Part shown: piece after piece, positions 19,880 through 29,308 of the stretch
How positions within the stretch are numbered: position 1 is the stretch's first letter
Layout of the letters: every line of letters begins with the position of its first letter
Assembly (NCBI GenBank): GCA_037441385.1
Contig: JBBISH010000004.1
Span: 64,001 to 128,000, forward strand
DNA: 64,000 bases
DNA from: Myxococcales bacterium
GTDB taxonomy: Bacteria > Myxococcota_A > UBA9042
Reading direction: 5' to 3'
The notes under the pieces: model-generated
Seen by the model: only the letters and a program-made list of their open reading frames with translations
What the model was told of the DNA's origin: nothing
Databases searched by the model: none
Translations under genes and position numbers: made by a program

Positions 19880-22298
19880 AGGCTTGACGGCGCGGGTGCG
19901 CGGAGAATGCCCTAATTCCAGTTCCGTCCGAATCGGATCGAAAACTCGGGCAATTCTTCGGGTCCGAACCGGGGTCCCCGCCTGATTCTCGCCGGTTGCA
20001 GACCGGGTCAGAGAAGCCGTACAGGCGTGAATCAGACGGGGTTCGTATAACTAATCCGCTCTCTAGAACACCAATCACAAATCTCCGAGGTTCAGAGCAA
20101 CGAGACCACTCGCTGACGAAAACTCGTTGATGTTCAGTGGGTCGCAAGCGGGCCGCCCAAAGCACTGCACTGGCGCGCCCCGTCGCGACGTTTGCCGCGA
20201 GGACTGGGCTGCTGATCGGTGCTCCAGGAGCCTGTCGCCGTCGCCCACCTACCAGAAGCAGCAGCAGTGCCGGTCCCAGCCACCCAAGCCCAGGCGGCGA
20301 GCGCGGTCGCGCTGCACAGCCGGTGTCTGGCGAACTGGCGCCGGCCTTGGCAGGGGTGCTGGCGCTGTCCAGGCTGCCACCATCGGGGCTGCCGATCGCC
20401 GCTCCCGCCGGTGGCGGCGCTCCAGACTCCCAGCCCGCCTTGGGATTGCAGCCCGCGGGCGCGTGCCAGACGCCCACCGCAGTGACCAGCGGGTCGCTGG
20501 GCGGAACCGTCCATTGCGGAGCCGGCTGGGCAACAAAGTCTTTGGGCAGCTGGGGTTGCCCCGGCTTGGCTCCTGCTATCGCGCTGCTGACAACCAGAGC
20601 CTGCGCGGGTGCCACGGGCAGGGGACCGCCCTCTTCATCGAGCAACTGGATCGCGGCGGCGGCCGGCGTCTGCGCAAAGCGAGGCGCGACTGCGGTATCG
20701 TTGTCCACCACCCAACTGCCCAATTCGGGCCACGTAATGCGCTTGGCTGTTTGCCCGTAGCCCGCCCAGCCGGTCAAGCAGACTGGGTTGATGGACCCTT
20801 GCCTTGTGTTCGCCACCGAAGGCAGGCCCTTGTTGAAGGCGAACACCGGGTCGCGGTCCATCTCGTCTGGCGAGATCCGCATCACCAGGCGGGTCGCCAC
20901 CGCGGCCTTGGCCAACTGCGCCGCTACCTCGGCAACCGGATCCACCAGCTGTTTCTGGACTACTTCCGCGGCTTTGACACCGTCGACCGCGTGCTGGGAC
21001 AAGGCCTGGTGGGTGAACAACTCTGGCGAAGCGGCCACCGGGCAGTGTTCGAAATCAACCATGCCGGCCTGCCAATACTTGGCGCAGCCGCGCAGGTTGC
21101 CCAGCACCTGCAGGGCCGTGGTGCCGGTCGCATAGGTCGACAGACCCAAGGCCTCGTCCAAGGTGTCTGCCACTTCCTGCGTGACCGGCAGCCCGCCACC
21201 AGCCAAGAGCTGGCCAAGTTGCAGATAGTTCTTCACCGCGCTCATGGCCGCCGGCGTGCCAGCTGGAATCCAGGCCAGCCCGCCCACCGCGCTGCCCGGC
21301 TGCGCGTACTCCGTCACGAACGCGTTGCCCCCAGCCTCGTCCACGGCAGCGGCCAGCAGCTGCGCGTAGTTGCCTGGCACGCGGCACACGCCTAGACCAG
21401 CTGCCGGATCGGGGCACGGAACTTCTGGGCCAACGGCGTAGCTCATGCGCAGCGGATTGAGTTGCACATCCAGATGGTTCTTGACGATGGCGCGGCCGGG
21501 TCCCGCGAGCGTGACCACCACCGTCATGTCGTCCTGGGCGGCAATCGAGGTCAACCGCAGCGGCACGCACGGCTCGGCGTCGTCCATGGTCAGAGTGATG
21601 GGCCGAATGGCACCGATGCCTTGGCCGTTCTGCAGCTTGACGGCGACGAAGAGGTCCCCTTTGGCCACGTGGCTGGCCAGGATCGGTTTGGCCTTGCTTG
21701 GGGTCGCATAGCCGTGATCGTTCAACCACTTGTAGAGCGGTTCTACCTGGGATCCTTGAATGATTTGGTAGTCGTACGGCCCGGTGGCGCCGCTGGCCAA
21801 GACGGCAACCTCGCCTGCCCCCACATCCGCCGCCCAACCGTCGTCGGTGGCCGAAGCATCGAGGCCTTTGGCCACGTCGCTCGCGGCCGACACCTGAAAA
21901 CTGGCACACCCGATGCCAGGATCGCGGCAATTCTCTGGCGGCGCGATGACCAAGCGAATTCGCGCCGCCATCCTCTGATCCAGGGCGTCCAAGACAGCTA
22001 CCGTTCCCACGCCCACCTTGGGGAGCTTGGGCACGGGCAACACCCAGGCGAAATCCTTGGCCAATCCAGAGTAGCGGACCTCTACCCACACCGTGGACAC
22101 CTTGGACACAGGGTCGCGCAAGAACAGCACGCGCTCGGCGTTTTGCACCACGACCTGATTGGGCGCCGTGTCCAGGGTGGGGCTGATACAGGCGCCGCAC
22201 GCGTATGCGGTGCCCGCTTGAGTGCCCATGATCGTCCACGCCAGTGCCAAGAGCGCACATAGAGACTTGAATTCTTTGCGAGTACTGGACGGCCGCAT
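19776..22298 (-). CDS. DUF2330-family exported protein with MYXO-CTERM-like sorting motif and an anomalous read-through tail
   Basis: GGAGG RBS before ATG 22298, signal peptide, ACGAC, DFAWVLPVP, WLNDHGY, FVAVKL, VPLRLT, and near the end GCAARP...WLGPALLLLLVGGRRR. Confidence 0.8.
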   Translation of the reverse strand: MRPSSTRKEFKSLCALLALAWTIMGTQAGTAYACGACISPTLDTAPNQVVVQNAERVLFLRDPVSKVSTVWVEVRYSGLAKDFAWVLPVPKLPKVGVGTVAVLDALDQRMAARIRLVIAPPENCRDPGIGCASFQVSAASDVAKGLDASATDDGWAADVGAGEVAVLASGATGPYDYQIIQGSQVEPLYKWLNDHGYATPSKAKPILASHVAKGDLFVAVKLQNGQGIGAIRPITLTMDDAEPCVPLRLTSIAAQDDMTVVVTLAGPGRAIVKNHLDVQLNPLRMSYAVGPEVPCPDPAAGLGVCRVPGNYAQLLAAAVDEAGGNAFVTEYAQPGSAVGGLAWIPAGTPAAMSAVKNYLQLGQLLAGGGLPVTQEVADTLDEALGLSTYATGTTALQVLGNLRGCAKYWQAGMVDFEHCPVAASPELFTHQALSQHAVDGVKAAEVVQKQLVDPVAEVAAQLAKAAVATRLVMRISPDEMDRDPVFAFNKGLPSVANTRQGSINPVCLTGWAGYGQTAKRITWPELGSWVVDNDTAVAPRFAQTPAAAAIQLLDEEGGPLPVAPAQALVVSSAIAGAKPGQPQLPKDFVAQPAPQWTVPPSDPLVTAVGVWHAPAGCNPKAGWESGAPPPAGAAIGSPDGGSLDSASTPAKAGASSPDTGCAARPRSPPGLGWLGPALLLLLVGGRRRQAPGAPISSPVLAANVATGRASAVLWAARLRPTEHQRVFVSEWSRCSEPRRFVIGVLESGLVIRTPSDSRLYGFSDPVCNRRESGGDPGSDPKNCPSFRSDSDGTGIRAFSAHPRRQASSPPARPSRPRSPAQRPPSAAAGSCRPARPTAAA
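19921..20048. repeat. Dispersed structured repeat, copy 2 (full length, orientation F)
   Basis: GTTCCGTCCGAATCGGATCG...CCCCGCCTGATTC...GAATCAGACGGGGTTCGTAT, nearly identical to copy 4 and reverse complement of copies 3 and 6. Confidence 0.95.
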
Positions 22299-22317
22299 GG
22301 TCACCTCCATCTTCGAG

Positions 22318-24042
22318 CTAGCCTTGGCCACAAGTGACCGCTGCCGGCAAGGCCACATGCGCACAACCACCTGGATTGACGCAGCTGTCGGCGGTGCACG
22401 GGTCACCGTCGTCGCAACTGGTCAGGCCTGCGCAGGGGCCGGCGGCCTTGCAGCCCAGGTGCCCCCAGGCATCGGCCAAGCCGAGCCAGGCACTGGCATA
22501 CGTGGTGTAGACACCATTCTTGCTGGGCGTGCTCAGGCCCGCCACAGCCAGCCGCCCATCGGCGAGGGCAATGACGTCCGTCGCCAGGTCTTGCCCGCCC
22601 AGGTTCATCTCGGTCTGCCAGGCGACCTCGTCCTGGTCGTTCAAACCGATCAACCACTTGGGTCCGCCCTGCGGCGCGGAAATGACCAACAAGTCGCCGG
22701 TCGCCGTCGGTTCTGCAACCATCAGGTAGCCGGCCGGCAAGTTGGCCTTGCTCCACAACAGGTTGCCCGCTGCATCCAGGCGGAGGCACGCCATCCCGAC
22801 GGCCGTCGTCGCGTTCTTGAGCCCGGCGATCGCTGTAATCGCCCCCGAGGGCCTGGCAATCAGCGCGCGCACATCCAGGTACAAAGTCGCATCGAGTTGG
22901 ACCGTGGCAACCGTGGTGCCTTGGCCGTCCAACCACAGCAAGCGCGAGTCCGCTTGCCCATAGCTGCCCGCCTCGCCGTAGGCCGCCGCCACCGCCTGCC
23001 CGGTAGCCGGCGCCACGGCGGCCGTGACCATGTTGTACTTATTCAGGTTGATCACGCTGTTCCAGAGCACCTTGTCGTTGGCGTCAACGCGGCCAAGCCA
23101 GGTGGTAGAAAAGACATTGGACTCTGTCTCGGCCCAGCCCGAGAGCAAGGCGCCGCCGTCCGGTGTGGGCTGCAAGTGGAAGCAACTGCGGCGATTGGGG
23201 CTGTCAAAGTCCAAGACGACAGGTGGCGCCATCCCCTTGGAACGGCCAAACCAGGCGAAGGTCTGACTTTTGCCTGGCTTTTCCCCGCAGAGGAGCACGC
23301 TGCCGTCGCTGCCGCGACGCGCCGCGTTGGCCGCAGGAACGCTTTGCCAGCCGGGCGCCTCGTGCATGGCCACGCCCTTGGCCTGCAGGTCGATGACGGC
23401 CACGCGCTGCTGCCACTGTCCGCTGGTGCCACTGTAGGTGTGGCCGATCGCGGCGATCTGGTTGCTGCCCAGCTGCGCCAAGTGGATGGGCTCGAAACCC
23501 TTGAGGCCGTCCAACGCAAACGCGCCAAGCTGCGTCCCGTCCGGGCAATTGTCGGCCACGCAGGTGCCTCTCGCGCAGGTGCCGCTGCCCAACGGGCACA
23601 GCAGGCCGTCTGGCGCCGGTTTGCTCTTGCAGGCGTTCTTGATGCACGTATCGATGGTGCAGGGATTGTTGTCGCTGCACCCTGCCGGTCCGTGCGCGCA
23701 GCCGCTGTACGGGTCGCAGCCGTCGAGCGTGCACATATCGCCGTCGTCGCACGAATAGGGCGTGGTCGTGCATCCGGCTTTGGGGTCGCACCCGTCAAGC
23801 GTGCAAGGGTTTGCGTCCCAGCACACCCGGTCGGCGTGTTCGCACCTTGACGCGCGACAGACGTCGAGCGTGCATGCGTTGCCGTCGTTGCATTGTCCGT
23901 TGTTTTGACAGGGATTGCCTGTGCTGGCTTGCCCCACTCCTTGGCCGCCGACCTGGACTGAATCATGGGACGACGCCGGGCACCCCGCCAAGGCCAAGCA
24001 GATGGCCAAGGTGGAGAGGGGCTGAGTGAAGCGTGATTTCAT
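22318..24042 (-). CDS. Lipoprotein with CDDGNPCT-type Cys-rich repeats and a probable beta-propeller
   Basis: Lipobox LAGC, repeats CNDGNACT, CDDGDMCT, CSDNNPCT and CDDGDPCT, and propeller-like strands (RLDAAGNLLW). Confidence 0.75.
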   Translation of the reverse strand: MKSRFTQPLSTLAICLALAGCPASSHDSVQVGGQGVGQASTGNPCQNNGQCNDGNACTLDVCRASRCEHADRVCWDANPCTLDGCDPKAGCTTTPYSCDDGDMCTLDGCDPYSGCAHGPAGCSDNNPCTIDTCIKNACKSKPAPDGLLCPLGSGTCARGTCVADNCPDGTQLGAFALDGLKGFEPIHLAQLGSNQIAAIGHTYSGTSGQWQQRVAVIDLQAKGVAMHEAPGWQSVPAANAARRGSDGSVLLCGEKPGKSQTFAWFGRSKGMAPPVVLDFDSPNRRSCFHLQPTPDGGALLSGWAETESNVFSTTWLGRVDANDKVLWNSVINLNKYNMVTAAVAPATGQAVAAAYGEAGSYGQADSRLLWLDGQGTTVATVQLDATLYLDVRALIARPSGAITAIAGLKNATTAVGMACLRLDAAGNLLWSKANLPAGYLMVAEPTATGDLLVISAPQGGPKWLIGLNDQDEVAWQTEMNLGGQDLATDVIALADGRLAVAGLSTPSKNGVYTTYASAWLGLADAWGHLGCKAAGPCAGLTSCDDGDPCTADSCVNPGGCAHVALPAAVTCGQG

Positions 24043-24191
24043 GGCCAGCTTCGGGACACATGGGTCTACAAGGGCAGTATCTGCCGCCCCCATGGCGTGT
24101 CAAGCACCACGAGAGCGGGCCCGGCCACGCTGCACCGCGGCTCGGCTCCGAGCACCTTGCGCGGCACGGCCAGCCGGTCGACACTTCGGCC

Positions 24192-25544
24192 ATGCCGGAC
24201 GCCGCCCACCGCCAGCCCCTTGCCCCGCTGCTGTGGCTACTGGCCGCCGTGAGCCTGGGCCAGGCGCTGCGCATCTACGACGGCACGCGTCCCGATCCGC
24301 TGGCGTTGCGCTGGGTTGCCTTGACGCTGCTGCTGGCAGGCCTGGCGACTTGGGGCCGGTTGACCGTGGCCTGGCGCGCACTGCCGCAGTGGACCGCCGC
24401 GTTGGCGCTGGCTGCGGTGGTCGCCCAGCTGGCGCAGTGGCTGACGCTGCCGCTGGGCAAGCACTGGCTGCATCCGCGCGAACATATGGGCACGTTGCAT
24501 GGGCTGGCGCTAACCGCGACGGCCGCCGCGGCGCTGACTGTGGCCCAAGCGAAGCAGCGCAAGTGGGCGGGAGCGCTGTTCCTGGTGGCGATGCTCTTGA
24601 TCGGGCTGTGGTTTGTCCGCTGGGACGGGCGGCCCGAGATCGACGTCTTTGAGTTCCAGCAGCAGGGCTGCGCCGCACTAGCCGGCGGGCACAATCCGTA
24701 TTCGATCACGTTTGCCAGCCCGTATCCCGACGATACGCCTTTCTACTCGCCGGGTTTGGTGGTGGGCGGCCGGCTGCAATTCGGCTACATCTACCCGCCG
24801 TTGCTGCTGGGTCTGGAATGCCCCGTGGCGCAAGCGACCGGCGACGTGCGCTTTGCCCACTGGCTGGCGCTGGTCGTGGCCGCTGTGCTGGTGTGGCGGA
24901 CGGCGCGCAACTACCTGGCGGTGGTGGCGATTGCCGTGTTGATGACCACGCCGCGGACGCTGTTCCTGGTCGAGCAGGCCTGGACCGAGCCGTTCGTCAT
25001 CCTGGGGCTGGCGGCGGTGTTGTGGTCGGCCGTGCGCAAGCCGGCGTGGCTGCCCTGGATTTTTGGCGCGTTTCTGGGGACCAAACAGTACTTGGTGCTG
25101 GTGGCGCCGCTGGCGCTGCTACTTGACCCTAGCCTGTGGAAGCCCAGGTCAGCGCTAGCGTTTTTTGGCAAGGCCGGCTTGGTGCTACTGGCGCTGCATT
25201 TGCCGGCTGTGCTGGCCGATCCGCCGGCCTTTTGGCGCAGCGTGGTGACCCTGCAGATGCTGCAGCCCTTCCGACCCGACTCATTGAGTTGGCTTGCGGC
25301 CTGGTCCACGGACGGCAAGCCGCCGGTGGGCGTGTGGATTGCCTTTGTGCTCGCCGTGGTAGCTCTTGCGCTGAGCCTTTGGCGGGCGCCGCGGTCCCCG
25401 GCTGGCTTTGCCGCGGCGGTGGCGATGGTGATGCTGGCGTTCTTGGCGCTGAACAAACAAGCGTTTTGGAATTACTACCACTTTCCGCTGGGAGCGCTGG
25501 CCATGGCGGCGGCGCTGGCCACCGGCGACGAGGACGAGGCATGA
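24192..25544 (+). CDS. Polytopic GT-C fold glycosyltransferase-like membrane protein (GT87-like)
   Basis: IDV...GHNPY...YIYPP luminal-loop motif, TKQY, NYY and many TM helices. Confidence 0.65.
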   Translation: MPDAAHRQPLAPLLWLLAAVSLGQALRIYDGTRPDPLALRWVALTLLLAGLATWGRLTVAWRALPQWTAALALAAVVAQLAQWLTLPLGKHWLHPREHMGTLHGLALTATAAAALTVAQAKQRKWAGALFLVAMLLIGLWFVRWDGRPEIDVFEFQQQGCAALAGGHNPYSITFASPYPDDTPFYSPGLVVGGRLQFGYIYPPLLLGLECPVAQATGDVRFAHWLALVVAAVLVWRTARNYLAVVAIAVLMTTPRTLFLVEQAWTEPFVILGLAAVLWSAVRKPAWLPWIFGAFLGTKQYLVLVAPLALLLDPSLWKPRSALAFFGKAGLVLLALHLPAVLADPPAFWRSVVTLQMLQPFRPDSLSWLAAWSTDGKPPVGVWIAFVLAVVALALSLWRAPRSPAGFAAAVAMVMLAFLALNKQAFWNYYHFPLGALAMAAALATGDEDEA

Positions 25545-26698
25545 GCATCCCCGTGGCTGGCTGGCGGGCAGTGATGCCCGCTTTCCTGAGCACGCGTCTG
25601 GGCTTGCTGCTGTGGGCCTGGCTGTGTACGGCGCTGGCGCCGGCCCGGCCGGGGGTCTGGAGCCCGCTGCCGCACTTGCCGCTGCTGGACGGCTGGTCGC
25701 GCATGGACGCCGGCTGGTACGCCAGCATCGTCCGCGACGGCTACCAGTTCACACCCGGAAAGGCCTGCAATGTCAACTTCTTCCCGCTCTACTCGTGGAC
25801 GGTGGGGGTGCTGGACCGGCCGCTGGTGGCCAGCTTGGGCGAAGATGCGGCCTTTGCGGTGGTGGCGCCCCTTTTCAGCTTGCTGTGCCTGTGGTTGGCC
25901 CTGCAGGGCCTGTGGCGGCTAGCTGCGGGCGGTTGGGGCGAAGCGGTGGCGGGACGGACGACCTGGCTGCTAGTGGTGTTTCCGTTTTCGCTATTCTTTT
26001 CGGCAGTCTACACCGAGTCGCTGTTCCTGTGCCTTGGCGTGTGGGCGTTTGCCTGGGGCCGCGAGCGGCGCTGGGCGCTGGCCTGTGCCGCGGCGAGCTT
26101 GGCGGCCGTGACCAGGACGGTCGGCTTCCTGGTGGCGGTGGGCCTGTTCGTCGAGTATTTATCCATGCAACTGCCCCAAATGGCCAACGGAGCGTCTTGG
26201 CGCTGGCCACGGTTGGATCGCAACGTGCTCTGGTTCTTGGCCACGCCGCTGCCGCTACTGGGCCTGATGGGCTACTTTTACAGTCATTTTGGCCATGTGC
26301 TGCCTTTCTTGCTGACCTATACGACCGTGTGGGACAAGCGGCCCGGACTTCGCCGGCTGATCGACCTGCTCAACTCGCTGCGCCACGCCGACGTGCCCCA
26401 CACGCTGCGCTTCCAGAACGCCATGTACCTTCTGGTGGTTTTTGGCACCTTGGCGGCGGTGGTGGCAGGGCGGCGCAAGCTGTCGCCGGGGCTGGTCGCC
26501 TACGCCGCGCTGTCGACACTGCTCGTGATGTTCACAGGTTTTGACGCCTCGGGGCGCTACATGAGCGTGCTTTTCCCTACGTTCTTGGTCCTGGCGCAGC
26601 TGCTGGACGGGCGGCGCTTTGCTCTGGCCGCGGCCGTGCAAGTGCCCTTGCTGCTTTGGTTTACCTGGGCGTTTACCCAGTCGCTGCACATCAGTTGA
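25541..26698 (+). CDS. PIG-V/GT76-like mannosyltransferase
   Basis: RMDAGWYASIVRDGY, NFFPLY, FPFSLFFSAVYTESLFL and GRY motifs. Confidence 0.82.
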   Translation: MSIPVAGWRAVMPAFLSTRLGLLLWAWLCTALAPARPGVWSPLPHLPLLDGWSRMDAGWYASIVRDGYQFTPGKACNVNFFPLYSWTVGVLDRPLVASLGEDAAFAVVAPLFSLLCLWLALQGLWRLAAGGWGEAVAGRTTWLLVVFPFSLFFSAVYTESLFLCLGVWAFAWGRERRWALACAAASLAAVTRTVGFLVAVGLFVEYLSMQLPQMANGASWRWPRLDRNVLWFLATPLPLLGLMGYFYSHFGHVLPFLLTYTTVWDKRPGLRRLIDLLNSLRHADVPHTLRFQNAMYLLVVFGTLAAVVAGRRKLSPGLVAYAALSTLLVMFTGFDASGRYMSVLFPTFLVLAQLLDGRRFALAAAVQVPLLLWFTWAFTQSLHIS

Positions 26699-26725
26699 GC
26701 GCACCCGCCGCACGAGAAAATCGCC

Positions 26726-27439
26726 ATGCCCCAACCCACGCTGATTCCCTGGCCCGCGCCGGCCGTAACCGGCCAATTCCTGGGGCGCCGTCAGCGCTTT
26801 TTTGCCGACGTGCGGCTGCCGGACGGCTCGACCAGCGTGGCCCACTGCGCGAACACCGGCTCGATGGCGGGCCTGCTGCACCCGGGCTGCGCGGCGCTGC
26901 TCGGCGACCATGGCAGCGATAGTGCTCGAAAACTAAAGTATACCTTGCTGGCGCTGCAGGTGCCCGGTGGGGCGTGGTGCGGCGTGCTGCCCGTGCTGGC
27001 CAACCGCATCGGCGCGGCGGCGCTGCGGGCTGGGTGGCTGCCCGAACTGGGGGACGTGCGCGACTGCAAGACCGAGCAGCCGCTGGGCGACGACAGCCGG
27101 GTGGACCTGTGGGTGGACGGTCCGTCGCCGTGGGCGATCGAGGTCAAGTCGGTCACACTGGTGGAGGGCCGACGTGCGTTGTTCCCCGACGCCAAAACCG
27201 AGCGTGGGCGCAAGCACTTGCAGCGCCTGGCCGAGCATGTTCACGCCGGCGGGCAGGCGGCGCAGCTGTACGTGGTGCAGCGCGACGACGCAGACTCGGT
27301 GGCGGCGGCAGCACAGATCGACCCCGACTACGCCGCCGAGCTGGCGCGCGCCAAGCAGGCAGGCGTGCAAGTGTGGGCGCTGGCTTGCCAAGTGGGCGTG
27401 GACGGCGTCGCGGTGCTGCGGCGGTTGGCGGTGGAGTAG
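26726..27439 (+). CDS. sfsA: DNA/RNA nuclease SfsA
   Basis: RF, AHCANTGSM, RKLKY, SRVD, EVKSVTL, FPDAKTERGRKHL and IDPDYA. Confidence 0.95.
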   Translation: MPQPTLIPWPAPAVTGQFLGRRQRFFADVRLPDGSTSVAHCANTGSMAGLLHPGCAALLGDHGSDSARKLKYTLLALQVPGGAWCGVLPVLANRIGAAALRAGWLPELGDVRDCKTEQPLGDDSRVDLWVDGPSPWAIEVKSVTLVEGRRALFPDAKTERGRKHLQRLAEHVHAGGQAAQLYVVQRDDADSVAAAAQIDPDYAAELARAKQAGVQVWALACQVGVDGVAVLRRLAVE

Positions 27440-27445
27440 CCCGGC

Positions 27446-28483
27446 CTACTGCCCCAAGTGGTGCGCCAGAGCCCGCGCCACCGCCTGCCCCACCGCCTCG
27501 GCCTGGTCGATGAGGTCCAGGCGCAGCTCGACGGTGGTGGCAAAAGCGCCGGTCTCCGCCAGGAATTGCTCGGCAAGCCGGCTGGCCTGGGCATCCCACG
27601 CGAGCGTGATCTGAGCGATTTCCTGTGCGCCCTCCAGCCCCAGGACCGCCTCGCCGGCAATCGTGCGGTCCAGGTCGGGGTGCTGTTCGTCGCTCCAGGC
27701 CAGTTCGCCCAAGCGCTCGGCCGTGGCCGCCGGCAGGCGCCCGGTCGCGGCCAGCCACTGGAACCACCGCTCCGCAAGGTAGCGACCAGAAAGGGTCCAC
27801 GGCGCCTGGGCGGGGTACGGGTGCGGCCCCAGAGCCAAGCCCGCGGCGGCCAGCTCGTCGCCCAAGCGGCGGTGCAGGGACCACGGAAGTCCGCGCAGAT
27901 CCCCAGGAATCAACCGCGCTAGTCCCACCGGCCGCGCCGACCGCCACGGCACCGAGTCGACGATCGCCATCGCCGCCCGTCGCACCGGCCGCCCGCCGTT
28001 CAGCTGGTCGTAGGTCGAGCCCAATTCGCCGTAACTGTGCAGCTCGACGATGCCGCGCGTGCCCCGCGCTGCCTGCCGCAGCTGCGTCATCGCGCCGTGA
28101 TACAGGCCGCCCAGCTGCTCCAGCGCGCCGGGGTTCAGGCGCTCGCCCACCCAGCGATCCACGGCGCCCTTGCCAAACAGCGTCTCCTGCTCTTCGACCC
28201 GGCCGCGCCAGCCGCGGTTCAGGTCCAGCAGGCCGCGCGGCAGCCCGGCCTTGACGGTGGTGGCACCCAGGGCAAGCCCGCACGCCTGCAGGACTTCCGC
28301 ACTCCCGGCGTCGTGCCACTCGGCGACGTGGGCGGCGAACTGCGCCTGGATCTCTGGATCGGCTTGGATGTAGCCCGTGGCCGGGGCCAGCGGCGCAGTG
28401 GCGTGCGGGGCGACCAGCACGACCGGCGCACCCGCGCGCAAGTCGACGTGAAGCATAGGTACGATTTCGGAACGATCAGCCAC
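27446..28483 (-). CDS. N-formylglutamate amidohydrolase-like protein
   Basis: VAPHA, HDAG, RGLLDLNR, YH, ELHSY and VELRLDL motif order. Confidence 0.65.
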   Translation of the reverse strand: MADRSEIVPMLHVDLRAGAPVVLVAPHATAPLAPATGYIQADPEIQAQFAAHVAEWHDAGSAEVLQACGLALGATTVKAGLPRGLLDLNRGWRGRVEEQETLFGKGAVDRWVGERLNPGALEQLGGLYHGAMTQLRQAARGTRGIVELHSYGELGSTYDQLNGGRPVRRAAMAIVDSVPWRSARPVGLARLIPGDLRGLPWSLHRRLGDELAAAGLALGPHPYPAQAPWTLSGRYLAERWFQWLAATGRLPAATAERLGELAWSDEQHPDLDRTIAGEAVLGLEGAQEIAQITLAWDAQASRLAEQFLAETGAFATTVELRLDLIDQAEAVGQAVARALAHHLGQ

Positions 28484-28579
28484 GATTTCTGCTCCCCTGG
28501 CGCGCCGCGGTACGACGTGGTGGCGCTTCGGCTGGCGACATTGGGGGCTGGCGGCTGGGGTGTCAAGTCGAGGCCGGTA

Positions 28580-29308
28580 TCAGGTATTGGCACTTGCGAC
28601 ATCGCTTGGCCCCAGCTGCCCCTCCAACCGCGCCACCTGCGCCTTCAGCGTCGCCAGCGCCTGGTGCATCCGCAGCCGCTGGGCACCGCGGAGCTTGCTG
28701 CCGTCCACGCTCGCCCACGCCTGCTCCCAGGCCTGCAGCTCCTTGCCCGCCTTGACCAATTGCGTGACCAGGCGCCCCGGCTGGTAGGTCGCCACCTGCG
28801 GTTCGTCGGGGAGCGGCGGCGGCTGGGTGCCCGGCGTGTCTGGGTCGATGTCGTAGTAGTGGCCGTCCTCGGCGCGGTGGATGGCGTCTTCCAGCTGCAG
28901 CACCGTCCAGCCTTGGCGGGTGGCGTCCATGGCCAGCCGGGCGCGCATGGTCGGCTCGTCCACTCGGGCCAACGTGACGATGTGGTTGAATTTCAGGCCC
29001 TCGCGCACGGCCGGCGGCAGGCCGTCCCAGGCAATTCGCGCCAGGATCGACTGGCGGGCCAGGTTGTTCGTCAGGCCGGCGGCGCTCAGCTCGTCTTTGC
29101 AGACCTTGGCAAACTCCACGAAGCTGGCCTCTTTGTCGGGGTTCTTGTCGTGGTAGGCATGGGCGCTGCCGCCAAAGAAGCGGTCCAGGAACAGCTTGCC
29201 GGCCTGCAGGCGATGGGTCAGCAGCAACTCGCGCGACAGGCGGTCCAGGTCGGCCAAGATGTCGGCATAGTCTTCTTTGGTTTTGCGTGTTTGCAGGCTG
29301 GTGCTCAC
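28580..29308 (-). CDS. Hypothetical helical protein, DUF1016(YhcG)-N-like, putative DNA-binding
   Basis: AGGAG RBS before GTG 29308. The segment LKFNHIVTLARVDEPTMRARLAMDATRQGWTVLQLEDAI resembles the YhcG N-domain pattern (L.WSH...L......R......A....W.V.QL...I). Confidence 0.5.
   Translation of the reverse strand: MSTSLQTRKTKEDYADILADLDRLSRELLLTHRLQAGKLFLDRFFGGSAHAYHDKNPDKEASFVEFAKVCKDELSAAGLTNNLARQSILARIAWDGLPPAVREGLKFNHIVTLARVDEPTMRARLAMDATRQGWTVLQLEDAIHRAEDGHYYDIDPDTPGTQPPPLPDEPQVATYQPGRLVTQLVKAGKELQAWEQAWASVDGSKLRGAQRLRMHQALATLKAQVARLEGQLGPSDVASANT

Noticed and set aside
19921..20048. Dispersed repeat as an integron attC site
   Set aside because: It lacks clear RYYYAAC...GTTRRRY ends, copies occur in both orientations rather than as a tandem cassette array, and no integrase is in the window.
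26726..27439. SfsA as the mobiliser of the dispersed repeat
   Set aside because: It is an ordinary full-length SfsA with no repeat copy adjacent and no evidence of linkage.
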